Shown: one piece after another, positions 35,547 to 47,392 of the stretch
Layout of the letters: each line of letters opens with the position of its first letter
How positions within the stretch are numbered: the stretch's first letter is position 1
Assembly: GCA_032718475.1 (NCBI GenBank)
Contig: JAUCBJ010007296.1
Coordinates: forward strand, 1-51,286
DNA length: 51,286 nt
Reading direction: 5' to 3'
From: Nemertoderma westbladi
Taxonomy: Eukaryota; Animalia; Xenacoelomorpha
Notes under the pieces: model-generated
What the model saw: only the letters and a program-made list of their open reading frames with translations
Told to the model about the DNA's origin: nothing
Databases searched by the model: none
Position numbers and translations under genes: made by a program

Positions 35547-38500
35547 CTGAAAATAAATAATTATAAAACAAATTTAGAAAATATTTAATTGTTATTAAAT
35601 TCCCTCCTATATTGTATCAGCGAATCGCTCTAGAGGGAGGATAAAATCACCAGAGATCTACAAAAAACATGCGAGGTCACCATAACAACTCACCCCTTGT
35701 CCCTGATTGGCCGTCACTCTGGACAACCAAACTCTGGTTATAGGAATCCACTCGGATCACTTTGGAGACCTCTGGCGTCGAGCCATGGAACTCACTGCGT
35801 CCCAGAATAACCCATGTGGGTTTGCCGTCGATTTCCAGCTTACGAAAGTCTCTGCGGAAAACGTACTGAAAGAGAAAGTTTGGTGAAGTAAACCGGTACG
35901 GGTTTTTTGTGACTGTCAACATGCAATGGAATTACTAATCGTAAAGATAAACTTACGATTGTAAGTAGTATAAATGTTACCGAGAACGTATACAGGTATA
36001 CAAGCTGTATATTGTAAGACTCACATCTCGATTCGCCATAGGCCAGGGAAAGTTAACCTGCCAGTAAATGAGACCATTTGTATCGTTAACATTCCTCAAT
36101 TGATTGACATAAGAGTCCCAAACTTTTCGATACTCGAGATCCATATAAACATCCACAGCAATCTCCGGATCAATACCATTCAGGACGCCCCAGACCTTAT
36201 AGGTGTACAATCCGGATTCCTTAAACATATAGACCTATACATTACGCGCACATAGGGGGGGGGGGGGGGGGGGGGGCTTCCAACAATCACCAGCAGCCAG
36301 GGGGAACTCGACGACTCAAATAACAGCTGATTACTCTGAAAAATGAAACCGAAACCTGTTTTATTTACTTTAGTTTATTGTTTTGGTTAGAATAACGTGA
36401 TAGTCTGACTGTAGTGACCTGCTCCTGAATCTGAAAAATTTATTATGTGAGTGTTGAAACAGATGCCAACATAGGAGCCAAACATCTAAGTCTTTGCTAC
36501 GAACTAACACAGCAGTACTTGATAATGGATAGTATCGTACCGTCACGGAACAAACGGGTGACAGTTGATTGCCAACTATCAGTATATTTCGAGGATCGGT
36601 TATATATTTAATTAATACTAGCAACCAACTAACAATATAATAATATGTTCACAGTAAATTATAAAAAAGGCAATTTTTAAAGCGCTCAACTGTACATGTA
36701 CAGTACTGTAGAAATAAAAAAGTCATTCAGGAGGCCAGATTTCCCAGGAACCTACTGTAATTCAGTAATAGACATTTACTTTCATTGAATCCAGAGCAAG
36801 AGTTTTGTTGTAGTCTGAGGGAAGGAGCTATCAACTGGGTAAACTGTTGTTTGCCTATTATGGTCAGGGAGATCCCACTCTGTGACTTGGCAATTTGGCA
36901 CAGTAGAGCATTTATTCTCTCGGTTACAAACAACTAATAAGCAATCTATAATCAATGACAAATTCTCGTTGATTTTATTGATAATAATGAAAAGCAATCA
37001 AGTTCATTAAATAATTGGTTGAAGTGTGTTCGAGAGCAATGGATATTCAGCTCACCATGTTAATATGTTAGGCCTACATATTCTTAATTATCTCTAGGGC
37101 TATGACATTATATCAGTGTCATCATCGTTAGTAAAATTACCTAGACTTAAATTATCGGTTGGCCTAGCGTATCGGTAGCAGGGATGGCAATTAGGTTTTA
37201 ATATTAGGCTTTATTATTAGGTTTTAATAAAAAACCTAGTATAACAATTATTAGGTTTTATTGGGTTTTATTCCAGTCTGCCACGAGAGTGCAATCCGTT
37301 GGCCTAATTATTGGGTATGGGGGAAAATCCTCACATTTCGTTGTTTGTTTATACTGATATTGTGACCAGTGACTGCTAGACCTTCAAAGACGGTTCGATT
37401 AGACATTAGCCAGTCGGGGAGTTCTATTTTCAACCGAGTTGAAATTTCAACTTTATTTTTTAAAATTCAACTTTTCATTAAAATTAACTTTTGGAGGAGG
37501 GTCTAAAATTCAACTTTTTTTAAAATTCAACTTTTGGAGTAGGTTTGGAAATACTGAAATATAGAATTGGAATCCATTACTGGTATTCCATTGTATAATA
37601 ATTATGACATAGGCCTATAGCATAGCCACTAGCCAGATAGCGGTAATTTAATACATCTAATAAATTCCTGTAGTAGTTCAGCTAATTTGCAAATGTAATC
37701 ACTTAAAATGTTTTTAAAAAATGTAATCCCGACGGTGAAAGTTTTTATTCCATCAGTAATGAGGGTTGATTTTTCGAATTACACCCATAAAAACAATAAA
37801 AACACCCTTCTGTGACGTCTTGGGGCCCTTCTGGGCGGGCCTCCTGCCATTTTAGAGTTGAATTTACAACTTAAAAGATGAATTAAAAAAAAAGTTTTAA
37901 ATTTCAACTCCGTTGAAATTTGAACATCTCCCCGACCTGCCGACTGCTAGGTGCTCGGAGGCGAAATAGTCCACTAGCTGGGCTGGCTAGTGAGTGCAGC
38001 TGCAGGAGTGGGGTGGGGCAAAGGCCGGCAAACTTCTCCTAAATTGTTTATCCATTTATCATCCTTTCGAGTGGTACCGGCTGACCGGTACCGTACTTAA
38101 ACTTAACACTGTAACAAATTTTCTCAATGATGAGTTGCGCAAAGGCCCCACTAAATGGTTAATGTGTTTAATCTATGTTTAATGTTAACATGGTTAACTA
38201 TGTATAGGTTAGTCCTACTGTCAGACTGCATTTCAGTAATTGCAACAGTGCTAACTGCAGTACACAACACAGTACTGTACGTGTACGATAGTTATGCCAG
38301 TTATAGTTCATATCCGTACCGTTGGTATTTCCGTATTGCAAAAATAAGACTATAAGTATGAAATACCCTATGTTATTGAGATATTGTTTATTGTTTTGGT
38401 TAGAAATGCCCACCACTGTAACCTGCTCCTTTCCGTTAATTAAGTAATGGAGATTAGTTTATTGTTTTGGTTAGAAAACAACACCACTGTAACACCACCG

Positions 38501-39054
38501 GTACGCATATGAACGATAACCGTTATATATAAGTTAATAAGTCATACTTGCAATTGCTTCACAGACTTGAGAATAGGAGCAATGAAACCGCAATGGTCGA
38601 TTTAGTGGGTGTTACAACCTTCAAAACAGCAATTACAAATTCAGAAATTAAGTCATTGGTTCTCGAAAAATTTCTTAATTTTCGTATGAAAATTTAGGTT
38701 TTATTACAGTATTAGGTTTTATAAGGTTTTATTCAATTAAAGAAAAAACCTAATTTTGTTTTTTTTTAAATTAGGTTTTAACCATCCCTGATCGGTAGTC
38801 AGTAGTGCGGTAGATCTGTACATTCAGACCTTGTACATGAACTGCTGAACTGTACACATGTACATTACATAGCATAGTTTCGTACAACTTACCCGATCAT
38901 ATCGCCTGTAGATGCGAACACCGTGAGTTTCGATAAAAAATTCGAAATCGTCAGAACAGCAATCCTTCTTATCCAACTCGGCACACATCGTATGAAATTC
39001 ATCTTCCCGAAATCCGAATAGGCCTTCGCCTGCTTCGCAGTCTTTATCCATCAT
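35368..39054 (-). CDS. PCTP: Phosphatidylcholine transfer protein (START domain, STARD2); join(38893-39054, 36025-36219, 35694-35865, 35368-35546), 235 aa
   Basis: F.EDEF..MCAEL, GLY.YKV.G.L, DVYMDLEYRK.WDSYV, YWQVNFPWPMANRD-YVF.R, VIRV..Y.QSL, MYYFDNP.G.IP.WLINWAAK.GVP.FL. All three introns are GT-AG with consistent phases 0, 0, 1; total 708 nt. Confidence 0.93.
35694..35865 (-). CDS. PCTP: PCTP coding exon 3
   Basis: Acceptor tttcag/TAC, donor AGGG/gtgagt; YVFRR...SGTR. Confidence 0.92.
36025..36219 (-). CDS. PCTP: PCTP coding exon 2
   Basis: Acceptor tttaag/GAA, donor GAT/gtgagt; ESGLY...MANRD. Confidence 0.9.
37179..38790. mobile_element. hAT-type non-autonomous element in PCTP intron 1 (copy A)
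   Basis: TIR cagggatgg; 8-bp TSD atcggtag; subterminal ttaggtttt repeats; internal inverted pair gtcggggag...ctccccgac at about 37413-37936. Confidence 0.93.
38893..39054 (-). CDS. PCTP: PCTP coding exon 1
   Basis: ATG at 39054; donor CGG/GTAAGT. Start choice (MM) and upstream non-coding exons (donor-like CAG/GTAAG at 39217 and 39434) are uncertain. Confidence 0.85.
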
Positions 39055-39691
39055 ATTGCTGTGCCGGGGCACTACCTGACTACTGCATTATGCAGTTATA
39101 ACGACACCCCAGCACTTTTATATGGTGTTCATAATCATGTAGGCCTAACAAGTTTTAACATTCGTTTATTGTTTTGGTTCCCCCCAACTCGCCTCTGTGA
39201 CATACTCCTTTACTTACCTGCCTAGCCCTAGCGCTACAAGTCTATTATCAACCTGTCAACCAGACGAGATATCGAATGTAAAATGGATTACTGGGGTGTC
39301 GTTATAATGCAGTGGTGCCCTGGGCCGGTACTCAATATTTCTGCACTACTACACCAGTACACTGCAGCACTGCACTAGCCTATCTTGTCTTGCTGTCTTG
39401 TATCCAGTCTTTCAGTCTTTAGCTTAGCTCTTACCTGCTTACAGTCTTACACTCATCCACGCCACACCCGGCAACGGGGGTGGGTGGGTGTTAGGGCTCG
39501 ATCGGAGTCGCGATTTGGACGGAGCCGGAGCAGGCAGGCAAGAGTCGGAGTCTGGACAATTTAATCGGAGCCGGAGCAGGAGTTTATCAAAAATTTAATT
39601 ATTTATTTCAAAAAAATAAAGTATGGTTATCGTACCTGTGACTAAGTCACACGAATAGTTCCCAAAAGGCACTTCGGCATTTTCCAGGTAT

Positions 39692-40299
39692 GGGGCCGTC
39701 CAAGTATGACGTCAGCACTTTAGGGGGGGGGGGGGGGGGGGGGGGGGGTTGGGAAAATCTGATGACGTGCTGATGAGGGGAGGGGTGGGGGGGGGGGTCA
39801 GCCAAAATCTGACGTCAGCATGTTCATAGCAGAAGAGTAAATAGCTTGCCTATTTTAATTGTTCGAAGCCCCCGAAGGCCCGTAGCACGACCTTCTGTTT
39901 CAGTTACCAGTCACCATGTTTTAGTGATTGGGTGGGACGCGTGCTACTGGGGTACTGCGGTACTGGTGTTCGCCTGAAAATGAAACATTAATCCTAAGCT
40001 ACAGGTAATGATTGTTAGAGACTGCAGTACTACAATTCTGTCTATTATTGAGGATAGAATCAGTCCCTGGCTGATTGAATAACTATTATTATATTATAAT
40101 ATTAATTAATAATTTACTATAATTATATAATTCATAATTTGAGTAAAAATAGTAATTGAATGATTTACAAGTGATTATAAATAATCTTCATAATATACCG
40201 GTAATAGTTTATTACAAATTTTTTTTAAAATCTGATTTAGGGGAGGGAGGGGGTCAACATTTTTGGGGAAAAGTGCAGACGTCATACTTGGACGGCCCC
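39692..40299. mobile_element. PIF/Harbinger-like MITE
   Basis: 22-bp TIR ggggccgtccaagtatgacgtc; 3-bp TSD TAT. Confidence 0.9.
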
Positions 40300-40497
40300 T
40301 ATCTAAGTAATTGCAACCAGCGTAAATGCCAGAGTGCTTTTGGGGAACTGTAGTACAGTAGTATGATTCCTTTACAGTTCCTCAAAGGGACTTTGGCATT
40401 CTATGGCATTTAGTTGAAATTCATTATTCGCTGAGATCCGGGTAATGAATTTTGATCCGTTTTTAAGAACACTTACTGTATAGGCCTAAGTGTAAAA

Positions 40498-43400
40498 TGT
40501 GTATTGACAAATCAGGAGGACAGGGTGCAGCAATTCAGAAAGCCGTAGTACGTATGTACTACTGTATAATCAGGATGGATATAATAAAACATAACATAAC
40601 TAAGATAGCTACGCCATCTAGCGGGCCAAAGGCGTAGTTATGATGATACTACACATACCCCTCTTTAGGTGGGGTGGGGTTAGCGTTAGCGCCTCAAAAC
40701 AAATAGTTTATAAACAATTTATTGCGGAGTTACGGGTTACTCTAGTTTGTTATACTTGCTGTTCGAGTAACGTAAGGGCGGTTTTATTATTCTCCCCGAC
40801 CTAGTCTGGTTCGGAGGGGTAACCGGTTGTGGGGCTGGCTGTGGCCTGGCGGCCATTTCAGCCCACGTTGGCTGTGGTAGGGCCGGTGTCGGAGGTGCCA
40901 CTGGCTTTCTCGGTGTCTCTGGTTGAGGGGGGTCGCCCTGTGGTGGGGTCGGGGTGGCGCACCCCGTAGTGAAGTGGTGCTGCCGGAGTAGAACGCGGTT
41001 CCGGCGGAGTACGCGGCCACTGGTCTGTCGGACCAGGTAGTCGTGGTTGGGGAGGCCCTCAGCGATGGTTCCCTGGCCAGTCCAGCGTTTGGTTGTTGGG
41101 TCCTGGATGAGGACTGGTGTCCCAGCCGGCATAGCCTTAAGGCTGCGGGCATGGCGGTCGTAATTTGCCGCGAGCTGGTTTTGATTGGTTGCGGATGTGG
41201 CGTCGAGCTCGCTGTGAAGGTCTTTTGCCACTTGGGATCAAACGCGGTGAAGTGGGCGGGTAGGGCCTCCCTGACGTTGCGGCCGTATAACAGTTCCACC
41301 GGGGAGCGGCCGCCGTAACGCGAGGTGTTGCGGAAGGCGAGGATGCCCTTCGCGATCTCGTCGGAGTTGTGGCACGCCCCGCGGACCAACTTCTTTAGTG
41401 CTTTGACGGCCGCTTCGGCGCGGCCATTGGTGCGCCGTAGGTAGGGCGTAGAGGGCTCCAGTCGGACACCACAGTCGGACAGGAATGACCGGACGGCGTC
41501 GGACACCAGCTGGGGCCCGTTGTCTGGACGGATAACGGTCGGTACTGCAGTGGCCAAGAAGAGGCGGTGGAGGCAGTCGATTATTACTGGGGAGGTTGAG
41601 TTCTGGCCGAGTTTATAAAGGGTGGGCCAGCCGGTGAATTCGTCGGTCACAACGAGGTAGTTGGTGCCGTCTAGGACACATATGTCGGTGTGTACTCTTT
41701 GGAATGGGCGGGTGGCGTCCAGGTTCCGTTGGAGTGGCTTGGGTGGGTGCGATGGGAGGGCTGCCTGACAGGGTTGGCAGCGCTCGACCGTCTGTTTGAT
41801 GTCGTTGGGTATGGAGGGCCACCAGACGGAGCAACGCGCCCTCTCCCGAGTTTTAGTGAGTCCCTCGTGGGCGGCGTGGAGTAGCCGGAGCATCTCGGGA
41901 CGGAGTTCGACGGGAATATAGAGCTGGGGCCCGCGGAGAATGACGCCATCGTGCACCATCAGCTCTGAGCGGAACTGGAAGTAGGGCCGCAGCTGGTCGT
42001 CGGTGACGTTGTGTTTGGACGTCGACAAGCCGTCCCGGATGGTGGCGAGGAGCGCGCGGTATACGGGGTCGCGCTGCCCGGCCTCCCAGATCTGGTCGAG
42101 CCGCGCGTCCCGAGATTCGACCGACGGGGTGGCGGCGGACGCAGCGATGGCCGCGGAGACGATAAACTCCCGGTCGGCGTCGTCTTCCGGGGTGAGGAGG
42201 ATGTCATCGGAGGTTGGGGAGTTCCGGGGGGCGCGGGAGAAGGCGTCGGCGATTACGTGTTTACTGCCGCGTTGGTGGCGGGCGGTGAAGTTAAAGCGCG
42301 ACATCAACGTCTTTAACTTCAGCAGCCGATCGTTGCTGACCTAGTCCAACCGGCGGTCGTTCAGGATGGGGATCAGGGGGCTGCTATCGGTGACGAGCTC
42401 GAAGTGGTGGAGCCTGTCGAGGAAGTAGCGGCACTTGTGGGCCGCCCACGCAGCGCCGAGGGCCTCCAGTTCCGCCATCCCCGACCAGTTGGCCTCGTGT
42501 GTGGCCAGGGTGCGCGAGCCGCACTAGACGGTGCACCAACGGTTGGCGTCGGAGTCCCACTGGCAGAGGAGAAACCCGAGGCCGTTCAGTCGGGAGGCGT
42601 CCGTCAGCAGCTCGGTTCGGCGGTCCGGGTGGAACCCCGACAGGTAGTGCGGACTCGACAGGGTTGACCGGGTCGCCTCGAACGCAGCCTGGTGTTGGGG
42701 GAGCCAGACCCAGGAGTTGAGGTTCGAGTTTAGCGAACGGAGCGGGTCGACGAGTCGGGTTATCTCCCCGTCGAGTTCCCGAGCTGCTGGGCGAGTCCGA
42801 GGAACGAGCGGAGCTGACGGCGGTTCGTCGGGACCGGGAAGTAGCGGAGGTTGTCGGAGAGGGCCGGGTCGATCCGGTAGCGGCCGTGGGAGACCAGGTA
42901 GCCGCCTAACCGGACCTCGGCCTGTTTGAACTGGACCTTCGCCGTGTTTATGGAGATCGATGAGGCGTCGCAGGCGGCCAGGACGCGGGCCACCGCCTCG
43001 GAGTGCTCCTCCGCCGTGTCAGTGTAGATAATGATGTCTTCAATGATCCTCCCGATGTTTGGGATTCCTCGGAGGGCTTTATCCACATGGGCATTGAAGA
43101 CATCAGAGCTACCATGCCAACCCATCGGCATCCGGCGGTAGCGGAACTGGCCTCATGGCGTTACAAAGGTGGTCAGTCAGCGACTGGAGGAGCCCAACCC
43201 GACCTGGTGGAAGCCCTTGAGGTCGTCGAGCACCGATAAGACGCGGGCGGACGTTGGGATCCGGGAGATGACCTGGAAGGGAGCGGCGGAGTAGTAGGTG
43301 GGACGCACGGTGGCCTTATTGAGTTCCCGGAGGTCTACCGTGATCCGCACCTTGGTGGCGTCCTTCTTTTTGGTGACCACCATGGGGCTGAGCCACTCGG

Positions 43401-43947
43401 CAGGGTTCCGCTCGTCCGCGGCGGGCTCGAGGATTCCCATGGCGACCTGCTCGTCCAGCTCGCGGTTGAAGGCGGCCTCGAGGTTGATGGGGACGGCGCG
43501 GTTCGCGTAGGAGTTGGTGGGCCGGGCGCCCGGGTGGAGTTTGATTGTAATATCCCCCCCGGACATTACGCGGCATTTCCCCGATAGGGGGCGGGGGAAA
43601 CGCTGTTGTAGGGCCGCCCAAGCCGCGGTGTTGGTGTTGGTTGGCACCGTGGATGGCGGTGTGGGTGGTTCCGGGGGCGGCGGGGTTGCCTCCTCCCTGG
43701 GCGCCAATAGCGGGGGCGCGATCATCTGGTAGGACCGTGGGGTGCGGCCGGGGGGTGGAGGTGGGCCGTCAGAGTAGCAGCCGCCACGGAGGATCGGGCT
43801 CTGGAGGATGGCCAGCAGGAAACAGGCCTTCCTCGACAGTAGCGGCTGTCAGCAGCCCGTCGATGACCCACACATCCGTGGTTGTGTAGTATCATCATAA
43901 CTACGCCTTTGGCCTGCTAGATGGCGTAGCTATGATGATACTACACA
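40498..43947 (-). mobile_element. GC-rich Ty3/Gypsy element, 5'-truncated (pol only, several frameshifts and stops)
   Basis: WLSPMVV..KK, RITVDLRELN, LKGFHQV, MPMG, IIED, IADAFSR, LH.AH.G..K...RAR.SVWWP, CQPC, DNGPQL, NGRAEAAV. PPT AAAGAGGGGTA precedes the LTR start at 40655; putative 3' LTR 40498-40655 (TGTGTA...TACACA). Confidence 0.88.
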
Positions 43948-44266
43948 TGTATGACGGAATAATGTACTCATAACATGCAATAATATTTAATTGATAAAGT
44001 ATTACTTAGTTCTTGTCTTCTTGTATGCCAGTATGTTGTAGTTCTACATACTATTAATAAACTATATTTAGGCTACAATATTATAATATAATACAAAACA
44101 ATGCTCTCACATTTATTCTGCACAATATTCAATGGATAATAATATTATGTACTGGTAACGTCGAGATATATTTAATTCAGTAAGTCGTTAATTATTTTAT
44201 TATTAATTATTATTCGTGTCAGTGTCGTGATATTACAGCAGTATTAGGGTAGTATTAGATATGACT

Positions 44267-44719
44267 ATGACTACGGGAGTCCATGCTGGGCTCTAACTGC
44301 TGAGGACACCAAATCTCTGGATGGCACATTCACAAGAATGCTACGCCGGGTTCATTGTGTCAAGTACAATGCACACATCTCCAACCAGACACTATATAAC
44401 ATTGGAGGTGTCTCTGGTTCCCCCAAGCTTGACACTAGAACAAAATCGCCTCCGCTTTGCAGGACATTGCTTTCGCCGTGAGGACCAGCCAGTGCATAAT
44501 CTTGTACTTTGGCAGCCTCATGGAGTGAATAAGCATGGTGGACAGCCCATGACTTTCTTGAGACGCATCTTAAAGGACACTGGCCTTAAAGATGCGGATG
44601 ATCTAGCAAATGTCATGGGTGATAGGGAGTTGTGGCGGTGCAATTTTGTTGACAAGCCGGCACAGCATTCTTAAAAATGCAGCTGCAATGCAGCATGCCG
44701 ATCCTAGTAGTAGTCCTAG
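44267..44719 (+). mobile_element. 5'-truncated RTE LINE 3' end
   Basis: YGSPCWALT...LDGTFTRMLR, RLRFAGHCFR...LVLWQP, M.DRELWR; (TAG)n tail; 11-bp TSD tagatatgact (44256-44266, 44720-44730). Confidence 0.88.
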
Positions 44720-45201
44720 TAGATATGACTTGCAGACTTGAACATTTCTAAATTATACTGCGCTGCAGAATAATTGTAATTTAATGTAAAACTAAAAGGA
44801 CTTAATTAATTCGAATAAATGCAAAACGGGGATCCGATAAACTAAACTGTACTCGCGGGTGTTGGCTGTTGGGATGTCTAAGAGCGAGGTAATCATTCGC
44901 ATTATTAACTGAGTCTGTCTAATTAGTGCCTCCCCCCTACCCCCACATCATGCAGAATAAATACGGTGGATACTGGGATAGCACTAGCGTCTACCAGATC
45001 TGCTAATTAGCCAACCTGCCTTTCCGTTTCCCTTCCCTGATCCTGAGATTCCTGACTCTCACAATCGACCTACATTACATTTCATTGTAACCTGTAAGTA
45101 CTTATACGTGGAGTTAGGGTGCAATTTTGTTTACTTCACGTTCACGTGCTGTAATAATAAAATATTAAACATAATTTAAATGAATCGAGCGACAATATTA
45201 T

Positions 45202-46082
45202 GGGTGCGGGTCGATTCGCCCCTCGACCTTTTCGCCCCAAGTCGATTCGCCCCACATTTTAGGGGCATATGGACCTGGACCTGGGGCGAATCGACTTGGA
45301 CAGTTGACCGATTTCGCCCCACCTTCCAAGTCCATTCGCCCCAGATGATATTATTGAATGTTTTACTAATATTCTTTTTAGGTACCATACTGTAGAATAT
45401 TAGAAAGTGCAGAAGTACCAGATGATGACCAGAGGTTCACCATATCAATTTGTTTCACATGTAATTCATTATGTATGCTTCTAGGTCCGGGCGGGTTCGA
45501 ACCCTTGCCGAGCCACAAGAGTTCCCTATGGTTGCCACTGTTGCATGTGATGTGAGTCACGTGATTCAATATATCCTAGAAGCTTAAAAGGAAAGTAGAC
45601 AGAAACAACATTTGGATTTGCTTGATTTAGCCTACCTTATCAATTTGTTTCACATTATAAGATCTTGAGAAAATATTACGCGTAATCGGTTCAAAAGTGT
45701 TTGTAACAAGATTTCTACTGTAATTTATTGCAATAGATTGAAGATCTAAAAAACGCATAGGCCTAATCAAGGGTAAATGTGTTTGTAACAAGATTTATAC
45801 TGTAGGGTAATTTATTAGATTGAAGGTTCTAAAAAATATTACGCGTACAATCGAGGGTGTGTTTGTAACAAGATTTCAATATTGCACTTTCTAATATCAT
45901 TGTACTGTACCTAAAAAGAATATTAGTAAAACATTCAATAATATCATCTGGGGCGAATGGACTTGGAAGGTGGGGCGAATCAGTCAACTGTCCAAGTCGA
46001 TTCGCCCCAGGTCCATATGCCCCTAAAATGTTGGGCGAATCGACATGGGGCGAAAAGGTCGAGGGGCGAATCACCCGTACCC
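45202..46082. mobile_element. Foldback-type MITE with about 180-bp TIRs
   Basis: 45202-45385 is the inverse of about 45906-46082; built from gattcgcccc subrepeats; no TSD resolved. Confidence 0.88.
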
Positions 46083-46904
46083 TTTTTTTATAAAAGATTT
46101 ACATTAAATAGGTATGACCTACAATTGCGCGGTGTAATTCATTTTATATTTAAACATAAACATGTTCAATCAAGCTAATACTGTACTAGGTAGTTTGCTT
46201 TACTATGCTATGCACACTTAGTCGTACTGTATAATGTAATAATATCATCACTAATAATAATTTACAATTAAATGCCAAAGTGCCTTTTGGGAACTGTTAA
46301 GAAATCATACTACAGTTCCCCAAAAGCACTCTGACGTTTTGGCATTTACTCTGGTTGCAATTATTTAGGTACCTCAGTACCTCTGGGTTACAGCCAGGCT
46401 TTTCTAACCAAAACAATAATACGATCATTATACAGGTTGTTATACCGCGATTGGAGGAAAGGAACTATGACTACAATGCTATTGAAAATTTATACTACAA
46501 ATGAAGACCATAATTTTACGACAGTGCTACAGTACACATACATAGTAAAGGAGCTGGTTACAGATTGAAACAGTTGAAACGAATCAAAACAATAAACGAG
46601 AGCTAGTAATATTGTAGAATAGAAAATAAAATTTAATTGAGAATAAAAATCGACTACTGGAACTCTGAAAAGCCTGGAGGCCCCGAAACAGGATAGTTGT
46701 AGGCCTACTGTTGTATAATTATTCTCTAGTTTATGTTTTTCATGCTGTATAAATAAAATGGACTGTTCTACAGTACAACTAGGCCTATGATACCAAATAC
46801 CGTTAGGTACTGATGGCCTAAGAGTACAGCAGTAGAGATACCGGTTCCCTGGAAACAAAATAAAAAAACTGACAAAAAACGTCAAAACACCACAATTTCT
46901 TCTA

Positions 46905-47373
46905 CGGTGGTGATTTTGAGCCACTTTGTTCTTTTTTCAAAGGTTCGTGAATTTTTGCTTTCCAGTTTTCTGCAAATATGAAAAGCAAAAAGTTTATTAG
47001 TGGTTTTTACTTTCTCCTTTTTAGACAGTTAGAAATGTGTAAAGCAAAAAGTTTACTTAGATATATTATAGTTTTTGCTTTCTCGTTTTCAGAAATATGA
47101 AAAACAAAACGTCTATTACCGGTATTTACTAGCGTCCAGCTGACCTACATACTGTCCTATAGCAATGGGTCTAGCCTATTAAAATATTACACATTTCTGA
47201 AAAGGAGAAAGCAAAAACGAATAACAGAATAATACACTTTTTGCTTTACATATTTCAGAAAAGGAGAAAGCAAAAGCTAATAATTAACATTTTGCTTTTC
47301 ATATATGCTGATCTGCGTTAAACTGTAAAGCAAAAACTCAACGAAAGAACGAAGTGGCCCAAATTCACCACCG
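46905..47373. mobile_element. Tc1/mariner-like palindromic MITE
   Basis: TIR cggtggtga(t/a)tttg(a/g)gccactt; TA on the left flank; internal tttgcttt/aaagcaaaa repeats in inverted halves. Confidence 0.8.
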
Positions 47374-47392
47374 AAATCTTCTTAGCAGCTCA

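Noticed and set aside
17366-39054. Lipid-metabolism gene cluster (CerS-like plus PCTP)
   Set aside because: Only two genes, separated by an unrelated TRIM; no synteny or co-regulation evidence is available.
41043-43889. Numerous overlapping short ORFs on both strands
   Set aside because: By-products of GC-rich Gypsy pol sequence.
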